43,887 bases of DNA, taken from the NCBI GenBank assembly GCA_016928765.1, contig JAFGKC010000036.1, positions 1 to 43,887 of the forward strand. The letters run 5' to 3'. Both the position numbers and the translations under genes were made by a program. Numbering within the stretch: the first letter of the stretch is position 1; each line of letters opens with the position of its first letter. The DNA comes from Syntrophaceae bacterium (GTDB lineage Bacteria; Desulfobacterota; Syntrophia; Syntrophales; Smithellaceae). Positions 19,667-29,600 of the stretch are shown here, piece by piece. The notes under the pieces were generated by a model. It did no database searches. It saw only the letters and a program-made list of their open reading frames with translations, and was not told where the DNA came from.

Positions 19667-20608
19667 ATGAATAGACCACTTGTTTTTATTAGTTATGCTG
19701 GCGATGAATTAGATTTGGCTGATTTTGTCAAAAATTTTCTACTACGAGTATCAGGTAATAAAATAGAAGTGTTTGTGGCGAAACGGGATATATCATCAGG
19801 AGCAGATCCTTTAAAAACTATGTTAAATGAAAAATTAAGAAATGCTGATGCAATTATTCCTATTTGTTCTTATAAGAGCAAGGATACTCCATGGCTATGG
19901 TGGGAATCGGCCTCAGTCTGGGCTAAAACTGGAAAAGTTCACCCTCTTTTCACGAATATTTCAGCAAATGTATTCGGCGGCCCACTCATTTTAGTTGTGC
20001 AAGGAAAGGAGTTTTTTACAAAACAAGAATTTTTTCAAACAATAGATGCGCTCTGCAAAAATGTAAATATAACAGTAACTCAATTGGATTTTACGGAAGA
20101 AGAGGCGGTTAGATATACTGAACTAGAGAAAGCTAGTTCAGTATATACTCATCCAGCAAGTATTAAGATCGACTATAAAATTATTGAGCAAACCCAACTC
20201 TACCATAAGTATTCTCTAATATTTGAAATACAAAATAAGAGCGAAATTGCTTTTGACGACATAGTATTAGATATATTCTTTCCCACAGAATATCTAATTA
20301 TAAAAAACTGGAATTATCCTTTTTTAGCTTCATCACTTCCAACGGATAAGCCGGGATATACATGTCTAACATTCATATTCAACAACATATCGGAGAAAGC
20401 TAAACAAAAATTTTCTCAATTTCTGCTGCCAGAAAAAATATTAAAAATATTTGGCGTAGATGAAGGAAGAATTAACAGCTTAGAATATGAGATGGATAAT
20501 AACAGATGGGGCAGTAGGTATAAATACAAAATAAGTTATAATTTGTATATAAACAAGAAAGCCCCTCAAAGGGGAAGCATAGATTTTTCTACCCTGCAAT
20601 TCTTTTAA
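19667..20608 (+). CDS. TIR-domain protein with an uncharacterised ~170-aa C-terminal domain
   Basis: The N-terminus matches the bacterial TIR pattern: VFISYAGDE...A.F....L.....IEVFVAKRDISSGADP......L.NADAIIPICS..Y..S.PWLWWE. E80 (nt 19904-19906) aligns with the WCxxE catalytic Glu. About 33% GC. Confidence 0.7.
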   Translation: MNRPLVFISYAGDELDLADFVKNFLLRVSGNKIEVFVAKRDISSGADPLKTMLNEKLRNADAIIPICSYKSKDTPWLWWESASVWAKTGKVHPLFTNISANVFGGPLILVVQGKEFFTKQEFFQTIDALCKNVNITVTQLDFTEEEAVRYTELEKASSVYTHPASIKIDYKIIEQTQLYHKYSLIFEIQNKSEIAFDDIVLDIFFPTEYLIIKNWNYPFLASSLPTDKPGYTCLTFIFNNISEKAKQKFSQFLLPEKILKIFGVDEGRINSLEYEMDNNRWGSRYKYKISYNLYINKKAPQRGSIDFSTLQFF

Positions 20609-20670
20609 TCAACATCTAATAAGTAGATCTAGCGGATCACGTGACGCTCCGGATAAATTTTTCGTTCACA
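20607..20670 (+). repeat. attC-like repeat, copy E (64 nt, boxes degenerate)
   Basis: AATCAAC...GATCACGTGACGCTCCGGATAAATTTTTCGTTCACA. The right half is conserved with the family, and the TIR gene's TAA stop overlaps the left box. Confidence 0.35.
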
Positions 20671-20844
20671 GCAGGTATTTCGCCACAAAGGATAAAAAGC
20701 CATTCCCGCGAATGGTAAAGTCTACCCCGATTGACAACGCATTTACAAATCTGGTATGGGCAACGTCGATTGCTTGCTTTGACTCATTTAGCTGACTGTG
20801 GAGCTGGCCAGCCAAGATGAACAAAATCCAGCATCAAAATATTA

Positions 20845-21753
20845 TTGTTTTATTTTAAATCTACAGGAGAAAAAATGAAAGACTTTAAAGGCAAGACCGC
20901 TTTCGTGACCGGCGGAGCGGAAGGAATCGGATATTTTATCGGCCAGATGCTGGCCAAACAGGGCATGAACGTGATGCTCTCAGATATCGACACGAAAATG
21001 CTGAATTCGGCTGTCAAAACACTTCAGGCCGAAGGTCTGAAAGTACAAGGCGTTCCCCTGGATGTCACGCTGAAAGAAGAGTGGATTGCCGCCGCCCAAA
21101 AGACGGTTGAAGCATTCGGCAAAGTGCATATGCTGGTCGGCAATGCCGGTGTGGGCCCAAACGGCGCGCATCACACCATCGGGGAAAACAACTGGCGTTG
21201 GGTGCTGGATGTAAATGTAATGGGGCTTGTTTTCGGTGGCGAGGTGTTCATCCCTCTTTTGAAAGCCCATGGCGAAGGCGGATATATTCTGAATGTCGCT
21301 TCCATGGCCGGAATTCAGGGCGTGTCTTATGCCGGTGCCTACTGCGCGAGTAAAGCGGCCGCCGTGAGTATCTCTGAATCCTGGCGCTCCGAACTCCAAA
21401 AAGACGGCATTGTGGTTTCGGTTTTGTGTCCGGCGTTTGTTAAATCCCGCATCTATGACAGCATGCGCAACCGCCAGGCGCGCTACGGTGGGCCGGTAAG
21501 TTTTGATGATCTGGTCAAGGAGAAGCCAAAACGGGCATTCAATAAAGAGCTGGTGGTTACCGGCATTGACACGGATATTGTTGCCAACCGCGTTTTGGAA
21601 GGGCTGAAAGAAGAAGAATTCTATATTTTTACACATCCCCATTTTCGCGAGATGATAGAGAAGCTCAACGCCGAGCTAATCAGCGCTATGGAAAAAGCGG
21701 AAGCCAGCCCGGCGCTGGAAAGCGTTCCGCGTAAAGGGGTTATTATTTATTGA
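20845..21753 (+). CDS. SDR-family oxidoreductase
   Basis: TGGAEGIG cofactor motif and YCASK (YxxxK). The likely start is the ATG at 20875, after AGGAGA. About 52% GC. Confidence 0.85.
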   Translation: MFYFKSTGEKMKDFKGKTAFVTGGAEGIGYFIGQMLAKQGMNVMLSDIDTKMLNSAVKTLQAEGLKVQGVPLDVTLKEEWIAAAQKTVEAFGKVHMLVGNAGVGPNGAHHTIGENNWRWVLDVNVMGLVFGGEVFIPLLKAHGEGGYILNVASMAGIQGVSYAGAYCASKAAAVSISESWRSELQKDGIVVSVLCPAFVKSRIYDSMRNRQARYGGPVSFDDLVKEKPKRAFNKELVVTGIDTDIVANRVLEGLKEEEFYIFTHPHFREMIEKLNAELISAMEKAEASPALESVPRKGVIIY

Positions 21754-21782
21754 AGAATTGCCGCACCAAGTAAACACAAAAT

Positions 21783-21825
21783 ATTTAACGACCGCGCAGC
21801 GCTCCGGCTGATTTTTTTGTTAGTG
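21783..21825 (+). repeat. attC-like repeat, copy F (43 nt, shortened left half)
   Basis: ATTTAACGACCGCGCAGCGCTCCGGCTGATTTTTTTGTTAGTG. Confidence 0.4.
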
Positions 21826-21844
21826 CTTTCATGGAGGTATTGAA

Positions 21845-22378
21845 ATGAATTTATATTTTAGATTAATCTGGACAATAATTCGATCATTTTTCAGGCCAAA
21901 GATCAATTTTTCTGATGAAGTAGTTCTTAAACTTCGTATTTTCCCCAATGATTTGGATATAAATCGCCATTTAAATAATGGTCGTTATTTAACCATCCTT
22001 GATTTAGGAAGCATTGATCTCTTTCTAAGAAGCGGTGTTTTAGTCCGAGCTATTAGAAATGGATTCAGACCAATGATAGGAGGACTAATCGTAACATACC
22101 GTAATAGTTTGTCGTTGTTTGAGCAGTGTACACTTACCATGAAGTTGAAAGCGTGGGATGATTATTGGAATTATTTTAAGTTTGAATTTCGGAAGGTAGA
22201 TGGACGGCTTTCTGCCTCCGGATATTTTAAGGGAGCGTTTGTATCAAAAAATGGTTTAGTCCCAAATAATGTGGCAGATGAAATTTTTGAATATAAGCAT
22301 GGCTTTTGTGAACTGCCTCCAGCGGTAGAAAATTGGATAAGGGCAGAAAATCATCTATCTGGAGAGAGTATCACCTAG
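21845..22378 (+). CDS. hotdog-fold acyl-CoA thioesterase family protein (4HBT_2-like)
   Basis: RIFPNDLDINRHLNNGRYLTILDLG pattern. GGAGG Shine-Dalgarno sequence 8 nt upstream. Confidence 0.65.
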   Translation: MNLYFRLIWTIIRSFFRPKINFSDEVVLKLRIFPNDLDINRHLNNGRYLTILDLGSIDLFLRSGVLVRAIRNGFRPMIGGLIVTYRNSLSLFEQCTLTMKLKAWDDYWNYFKFEFRKVDGRLSASGYFKGAFVSKNGLVPNNVADEIFEYKHGFCELPPAVENWIRAENHLSGESIT

Positions 22379-22379
22379 C

Positions 22380-22410
22380 AAAAAAAGCGGCCGCGAAAAA
22401 CCGGGCCGCT
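22380..22410 (-). terminator. Rho-independent terminator (reads as a terminator on the minus strand, downstream of pfk)
   Basis: Stem AGCGGCC / GGCCGCT around an 11-nt loop. On the minus strand it is followed by T7. Confidence 0.5.
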
Positions 22411-22443
22411 TATAATGCGTTATATGAAAACATCTTATTTCAT

Positions 22444-22518
22444 TAGCATTAAAAGTATTACACGCTTTGAAATTATCTTGCTCAAACTATTTTAAGCCGC
22501 AGATTGCGGGCGCTGTGA
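22444..22518. repeat. direct repeat, copy 1: remnant of the DEAD-box helicase 3' end plus downstream sequence
   Basis: Aligns to 32920-32992, with the right ~50 nt about 90% identical. On the minus strand it still reads SQRPQSAA-stop, versus SQRSQSAA-stop at the real helicase C-terminus. Confidence 0.75.
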
Positions 22519-22531
22519 TTTTGAATTAGCT

Positions 22532-23635
22532 TTAACGCATAGTTCTGCGTCCGTTGTACCTTTCTGTATCGTAATATTTTTCTACATCGACTAATTTTAG
22601 CTTATCGATAATTTCTTTAAGGGGAACACCGGTAATTTCTCCGCGCACCCAGGAGACCATGCGCCCGAAATCCTCATTGATAATCATGTCAACGGCGGCG
22701 ATACCAAACCTTCTTGCCATCAGGCGATCGTAGGCGGAAGGTGTTCCGCCGCGCTGGAGATGGCTCAGGATGATATGGCGTGATTCAAACCCGGTTTTGC
22801 TTTGAATTTCAGAGGCCACGTAACTAGCAATTCCGCCAATCGATTCATGCCCGAAATCATCAACGCAACTATCTTTGAGACATTCCCGCCCTCCCGCGGG
22901 CTTGGCCGCTTCGGTAACCACAATGATGGAATAGTTGATTTCACGGCCATGCCGCTGCCGCAAAAGTTCACATACGCGTTCCATGTCAAACGGATATTCG
23001 GGGATAAGAATAATATACGCGCCGCTGCATTCGCCGCCGTGGAGAGCAAGCCAGCCGGCATGGCGTCCCATTGTTTCCACAACAAAAATACGGCCATGGG
23101 AGCCGGCAGTTGTTCTCAACCGGTCGATTTCTTCCATGATAACGTTAACCGCGGTGTCAAAACCCAGTGAATATTCAGTTCCCATAAGATCATTGTCGAT
23201 TGTCTTGGGGATACCCACCGTTTTGATACCCAACTTATGTAATTTATAGGCGACACCCAGGGTATCTTCGCCGCCGATGACAACCAGCGCGTCAATTTCC
23301 AACTTTTTTATATTATTGATTAGTTTTGCCGAACGGTCATTTTGGGGATTAAAGGGATTTGTTCGCGACGTTCCCAGGTTTGTTCCTCCGTAACGATCCC
23401 ATGTCCGGACGATCTCTTCGTCTAAATGTTTGATGTACTTCTCGCAGCTTCTCGGATCATCGGGATCAACATCGACAATGCCTTTCCAGCCGTCAGCAAT
23501 GCCAAGAACTTCAAAAGACATGGAACGATTGGCCGCAATTTTCGGATCGAGCGCGCTTTTCGTTACCCATTTGATAGCGCCGTTGAGTCCCGGACAGTCC
23601 CCTCCGCCTGTTAGTATGGCTATTTTCATTTTCAT
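22532..23635 (-). CDS. pfkA: 6-phosphofructokinase (PfkA family; phosphoryl donor ATP or PPi not resolvable from sequence)
   Basis: TGGGDCPGLN, VVIGGEDTLG, IPKTIDNDL and TMGRHAGW motifs. Confidence 0.88.
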   Translation of the reverse strand: MKMKIAILTGGGDCPGLNGAIKWVTKSALDPKIAANRSMSFEVLGIADGWKGIVDVDPDDPRSCEKYIKHLDEEIVRTWDRYGGTNLGTSRTNPFNPQNDRSAKLINNIKKLEIDALVVIGGEDTLGVAYKLHKLGIKTVGIPKTIDNDLMGTEYSLGFDTAVNVIMEEIDRLRTTAGSHGRIFVVETMGRHAGWLALHGGECSGAYIILIPEYPFDMERVCELLRQRHGREINYSIIVVTEAAKPAGGRECLKDSCVDDFGHESIGGIASYVASEIQSKTGFESRHIILSHLQRGGTPSAYDRLMARRFGIAAVDMIINEDFGRMVSWVRGEITGVPLKEIIDKLKLVDVEKYYDTERYNGRRTMR

Positions 23636-23693
23636 AATTTTCTTCCTTGGCGTAGTAAAAATATTTAAATTTTTAAATGAAAAAAAGAACCCT

Positions 23694-26600
23694 TTATTCT
23701 GATAGCGATATACTTTGATCCATGCCCGCGGCTGGTATTTTTACCTCGACCAAATGTTCTTGCCGATCATTAATCAGTTGAATTGTCCGGTCGGGTCTCG
23801 CGAAGCCGTCCAGGGTGACACTCGTTTCTTCGTCGCTGTCATCTGTTTGCCGCACAGTAATTTTGTAAGAAGTCTCTCTAAACGTATAAAGAATTGTGAA
23901 CTCATTCCAATGGGCGGGAAGGCAGGGCTTAAAACTCATTTTATCCATATTGATCGAGAGTCCCAAAAGTGATTCCAGGATTAGCCGGTACATCCAGGCT
24001 GCGGAACCGGTAAACCATGTCCAACCGCCGCGGCCGACATGCGGCGAAACAGCATAAACGTCGGAAGCAACAACATAAGGCTCAACTTTATAGATAGCGA
24101 CTTGCGCTGGCGATAGCCCGTGATTGATCGGATTGATTATGGACAATAGATCCCACAGGCGCTGATGGTCGCCAAGCGCCGCAAAGGCCATGGCCGCCCA
24201 GATGGCCGCGTGTGTGTACTGGCCGCCATTTTCTCTCACGCCGGGTACATAACCTTTAATATAGCCTGGTTCCATTTCAGCTTTATCAAATGGCGGGTCA
24301 AGCAATTGGATCAGTTTTTTATCCCGGTGAACCAGAAGCAAATCTACGGATTCCATAGCTTGCCGCATTCGTTCAGGAGTACCGGCTCCCGATAGAACAG
24401 ACCAGCTTTGCGCAATCGAGTCAATACGGCATTCCATGTTTGTTGCCGATCCCAATAAAGATCCGTCATCGAAATAGGCGCGGCGGTACCACTGGCCGTC
24501 CCAACCTTCGCGCTCAATGCTTTGCCGCAACTTGCTTGCCTGGCTATGGCACAACTCGGCAAAAGCCATGTCACTTTTAAGACGGGCGATTTCGGCAAAC
24601 TTAATTAATATTTCGTAAAGGAAAAAGCCCATCCAGACACTTTCGCCTTGGCCTCCTTCTCCCACCTTATTCATACCGTCATTCCAATCGCCTGTGCCCA
24701 TCAGCGGCAGGCCATGACTGCCGAATCTTAGACCTTTTTTAATCGCTCGCGCGCAGTGATCGTATAAACTAGCTGTTTCATCAGCAATACCCGGCAGATC
24801 GTAATAAGAATCCTCGTCTTCTCTTACCTGGCGGCCATCAATAAATCTGACGAGTTCATCCAAAATGCTCAAATCACCGGTAGTGATAATATAGCGACTC
24901 ACGGCCAAAGGCAGCCACAGATAATCATCAGAACATCGTGTGCGCACTCCCCTTCCTGAAGGCGGATGCCACCAATGCTGGGCATCGCCATCCTGAAATT
25001 GACGGCTCGCGCACAAAAGCAGGTGCTGACGGACAAGAGCAGGCACGGCATAAACAAGCGCCATGGTATCCTGTAGCTGGTCACGGAATCCGAAGGCGCC
25101 GCCGGACTGGTAATAACCGTTACGCGCCCAAAGACGGCAGGCGATCGTCTGGTATAAAAGCCAGCCATTGGCCAGCACATTCACAGACACATCCGGAGTT
25201 TCTATTTGTATGATACCCAGAGTCTTGCGCCAGTATTCCTGCACCGCCTCCAGAACGCCTTGCGCGATGGTTGATCCTCTAAAACTTTTGACTGTGTTGC
25301 TGGCATCATCCGCGCCCCTTCTTCCGGTAACACCCAGCCTGAAGATTGTTTCCTGAACTTGCCCGGTGTCTAATTCCAAATTAACTTGGATGGCGCCGCA
25401 CGGATCCAGAGCCGCGCCAACTTTGCCGGAAAGTTGTGTCCGCGTCATTGCCGCAGGAGCAGAAAGCGCGCCATTGCGCCCGATAAACTCCGTTCTGTCT
25501 CCGGTGATGGTGCGATTTTTATCGTCTACATCAAAGAAAACCACCCGGTCGGCAAATTCCGCGTTGTAAGCGTTGCGCGCGAAAAGCGCTCCGCTTCCCG
25601 TATCGACTTCGGTGGTCACATGCATCATTGTTTTGGACCGCAAATCACCGAGTACCCACTCCACGTAACCTGTTACCGACAGGCTGCGGGATCGGCCCGA
25701 ATCATTGCGCAATTTTAATACGGTAAATTTAACCGGCGCGTCGATGGCCACATAGATCCACAGTTCTGATCGAATTCCTTCTTCCGTATGTTCGAAAACA
25801 CTATAACCGAATCCATGCCGGCTGATGTAGGGTATTGCCGAGCGGCAGGGCAGGGGCGCGGGCGACCAGAAATGACCAGTTTCTTCATCACGTATATAGA
25901 ATGCTTCTCCACTGAGATCGCTTACGGGATCGTTGTACCAGGGTGTCAGGCGGAACTCATGAGCATTCTCCTTCCATGTTGAAGCAGACCCGCTCTCTGA
26001 AACAACTGTTCCAAAGTGCGGGTTAGCCAATACATTCGCCCAGGGTGCCGGTGTCACCTGACCCGGTTTTGTCGTGATGACATATTCACGCCCGTCGGGT
26101 GTAAATCCGCCCAGTCCGTTTTCGAAAAGCAGAGGGGATGAAGGAATTTCCTCTGTCTTCCGGATTCCCGTATATTGCGCGCGAGTCGGTTTGAAACGCG
26201 GAACAACTGTTTCTCTAAGAGAACGGCGGCTGATTTGCTCCGCCAGAGTTCCCCAGTTATCCTTGATTACTATACGGGCAACAGTTTGCAGAAGAATCCT
26301 GTCTTCATTGGATATCTGATCACCGGGCCGGAGAAATATGCCACCTGGCTTATCTACAACTTTTGCTTCCCTCCCTGCTGTAATCATGTCTTTTATCTGG
26401 TCGTGGAGGAATTGTCTGTAGATTGCATTATCTTCATTCCAAATCATTAAATCCACCGCCAGGCCTTTTAAGCGCCAGTACGCGTGCGCCTGTTCGAGTT
26501 GACGCACAAGTTCGATGTTTGCGTGGTCACCGATCTGGAGCAATACAATGGGCAAATCTCCGGAAATGGCGTAACCCCATAAACCAGATTGCCCTCGACG

Positions 26601-29600
26601 GTTTTTGATGATTATTTTCTGATCAGCGCGCAGTGATGCATTGCCGTAAATGACGCAACCGGCCAATTGTCCGTAAAGTTGAGCGTCGGCTTCCGAGGCA
26701 TTGATTTGATGCAAGACTACCTGGCTGTGGGTCCACGCCAGATCAAAAACACGATCAGCAAGACGCTGATCGTGATATTTTTCGGAAAGGCCAAGCGCCT
26801 GCTCCCGGGTTTCACTGATACCGGAAACAATATCAATCATCACCGATTCTCCCGCGTCCAGCTTAACGCGGCAACGTATCGCCGCTATGGGATCGAGAAC
26901 GGAGCCTTGAGTATTCGAAAGCGTTTCTAAAATATTTTCAGACCAACGCATCGCCTGAGGATCGGCCAAAGTATTTCCACGGCCGATAAACTTTAAGCGA
27001 TCCGTTTCATAGGAAACATCCTTGTTTGGTTTACCGTGCAAGGCCATCAGGTGAAACATCCAGCGCGAAGGTTCATCTTTTGAACGCGGCCTTCTTGTGC
27101 AGAGAATTGTCTGGCGTTCACGGATGATTTCCGTCTGAACAAAAAGATTGGCGAACGCGGGATGCAGCGCGTCAGCTGCGGGCTCCGCCAGAACAATTTC
27201 CGCGTAACTGGTTATATCCAGATCTCTTGGCTTTCGCGAACGGTTGGTGATGCGAACACGGCGCAGTTCAATATCATCCTCGGGGGATACGGCTATTTGA
27301 GTGTGTGTGTCGATTTCATGATCGCGACGCCGAAACTCAACTCTGGCGTCAGAGAAAATTGCTTCATATCTTTCCGGCTGTTTCAGAGTTGGTTGATAAG
27401 CTGTTGACCAAAACTCTCCATTGGTCGTATCGCGAATATAACAGAATGTTCCCCAATTATCGCGGGTAGAGTCTTCACGCCAGCGTGTGACGGCCAGATT
27501 GTTCCAGCGGCTGTATCCACCCCCCGCGTTGGTGATCATCACATGGTATCTTCCATTGGACAATAATTGCACCTTCGGTACTGGTGTATGGGGAGTGTTA
27601 AATATGCGCGCCGGAAACTCCTGAGTGATTGTAGCTTTACGTATGGTAGCGTCCTCGGAGATCTGCCGGTAGAAGGCCACCGCCCGGGGAATACGCTCCT
27701 GTAGCAGCAGCATGGTTGATTGAAACATCGGCTCGGACGCGAAACGTTTTTGCATCGGACAATCAAGCAGCAGATGGGACAAGGCCAGCAAACTCATGCC
27801 CTGGTGATGAGCCATGAAGGATTTGACCACAACACTCGATTTACCGCGAGGCAGACGCGAAGAAGTGTAATCTATCGCTTCGTAAAAACCATATGGCCCT
27901 TCCATGCCCTCTCTGGCCAGCTGCTGCAAATTCAGGCAGGCTTCTTCCGGCGCGACCATCAACGCCAGAGCTGAAGCATACGGCGCGACAACCAGATCAT
28001 CGGAAAGTCCTCGTTTGAGGCCGAGCCCCGGAACACCAAAGGCACGATACTGGTAGTTTTGATGGACATCTATTGTACTGTAACCGGATTCGGAAATGCC
28101 CCAAGGCACGCCACGGCTTTTTCCATAGTCAATCTGCCTGCGGACAGCCGCCGTGTATGTCTGATCCAACAGTGTGCTTTCATAAGTGGGCATCACCAAA
28201 AGCGGCATAAGATATTCGAACATTGAACCGTCCCAGGAAAGAAGAACCGGATATCTCCCCGGATTTGTCAGCAGGCGTCCCAGGGCAAACCAGTTTTCCT
28301 GAGGCAACTGTCCCTGCGCGATACCGATAAAACTGCAAAATCTGGCCTCTGAAGCCAAGAGGTCATAGTAACTTGCGTCCCGGCGGCGCTCAGTGGTGTT
28401 ATAGCCAATAGTCAACAGATGACTTCCTTTATCATAAAGAAAACTATAATCCATATCAGCAAAGTCATTTGCTTGTGCTGCCAAGCGGTCAATTGCCGTT
28501 ATTCTTTCCAAGGCGCGCTGAGAGCCTTCCTTGATCATCCGGCGAAAATCGGAAAACCACGCTTTCTCTTCGGCAGTTGCGTTGATGCTAAGCATGCTTT
28601 CGATTACGTTTTTTAATTTCTTTTTTGATGTTATCAATTCCCGTAACGTGGGAATTTCCATAGTTTCAAGAAACTCGCTTAGCCTGGCTGAAGGGGGTGT
28701 AAGTGTAATCCACGGACAGAAAAAAGAAATTTCTTCCAAGGCATCGGAACATTGATGCACCAGAGTTTTTACCCACCACAAGGCATCACTATCGTTGTTT
28801 GTGTCAAAGGCGCGGGCAAGATCAATTGAGGCGTTTGCCAGATCTTCGAGGCGCCGTCGCAATGGCTTAATCATATTTTTATCGGGATCCGGCAATGAGG
28901 ACAGATATTTTTGAAAATCGGCAAGCTGTTTTGGCGCTCCCGCTCCCGCAACTTCAGCCAGAACAGTAATAGTGTCGCCAATGCCGTTAAACCATTGAAA
29001 TCCGCAAATCTTCTGATCGGGAAGCTCAATAAGTCCCCGCCGTAACGTTAATAAGTGACCGCTGAGATTTCCACTATCCACGGTGGATATGTAATGAGGC
29101 CGCAGTGTGGCTAGGCTTTGTGTGTCGTACCAGTTATAAAAGTGACCACGATAGCGCTGCAATTTCCCCATCGTATGGAAGGCATCGGTGGTGCGTTCGA
29201 TTAAGTCTCCCAGCGAAATATAACCAAAATCATACGCGGATAAATTTGCAAGCAAGGCCAGTCCCATGTTTGTCGGCGATGTGCGATGCGCGATGACGGC
29301 AGCCGGATGTTCCTGATAGTTATCCGGCGGCAGCCAATTATCATCGGGCCCGACAAATGTTTCGAAGAACGCCCAGGTTTTACGGGCAATTTTTCTCAGA
29401 AAAATCATTTGCTCTTCTTTAAGTTTTATAACACCGGACGCAATTGGCCTGCTGACCCACCACGTAACCCCGGGAGATAGAAACCACAGAACCAGGACAA
29501 ACAAAGCCGCGCCAAGAGCGCCGGGTCTGGCCATCATGAGATAAATAAATAGCGCTAAAGAAAGTAAAGGAGCTATCCACATCGACCGGCAGGAAGCGGC

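Larger units (their letters stand above)
18861..22410 (+). mobile_element. integron-like gene cassette array (CALIN-type, no intI in the window), plus-strand orientation
   Basis: Four ORFs of very different GC content. The first three are each followed by attC-like copies D, E and F of the repeat family seen at 1.6-3.3 kb. Confidence 0.45.

Noticed and set aside
1641-21825. I asked whether the seven conserved ~56-nt repeats could be a CRISPR array.
   Set aside because: The copies are 0.4-1.2 kb apart, each separated by a full ORF. They occur in two inverted clusters 17 kb apart. They vary in length (43-64 nt) and are imperfect dyads bounded by RYYYAAC/GTTRRRY. No cas genes are present.
22379-22440. 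A possible fourth attC-like site after the thioesterase cassette (GTTATAT lies nearby).
   Set aside because: The sequence does not align with the repeat family. It is a clean GC stem (AGCGGCC/GGCCGCT) flanked by an A-run, which reads as a minus-strand Rho-independent terminator downstream of pfk.
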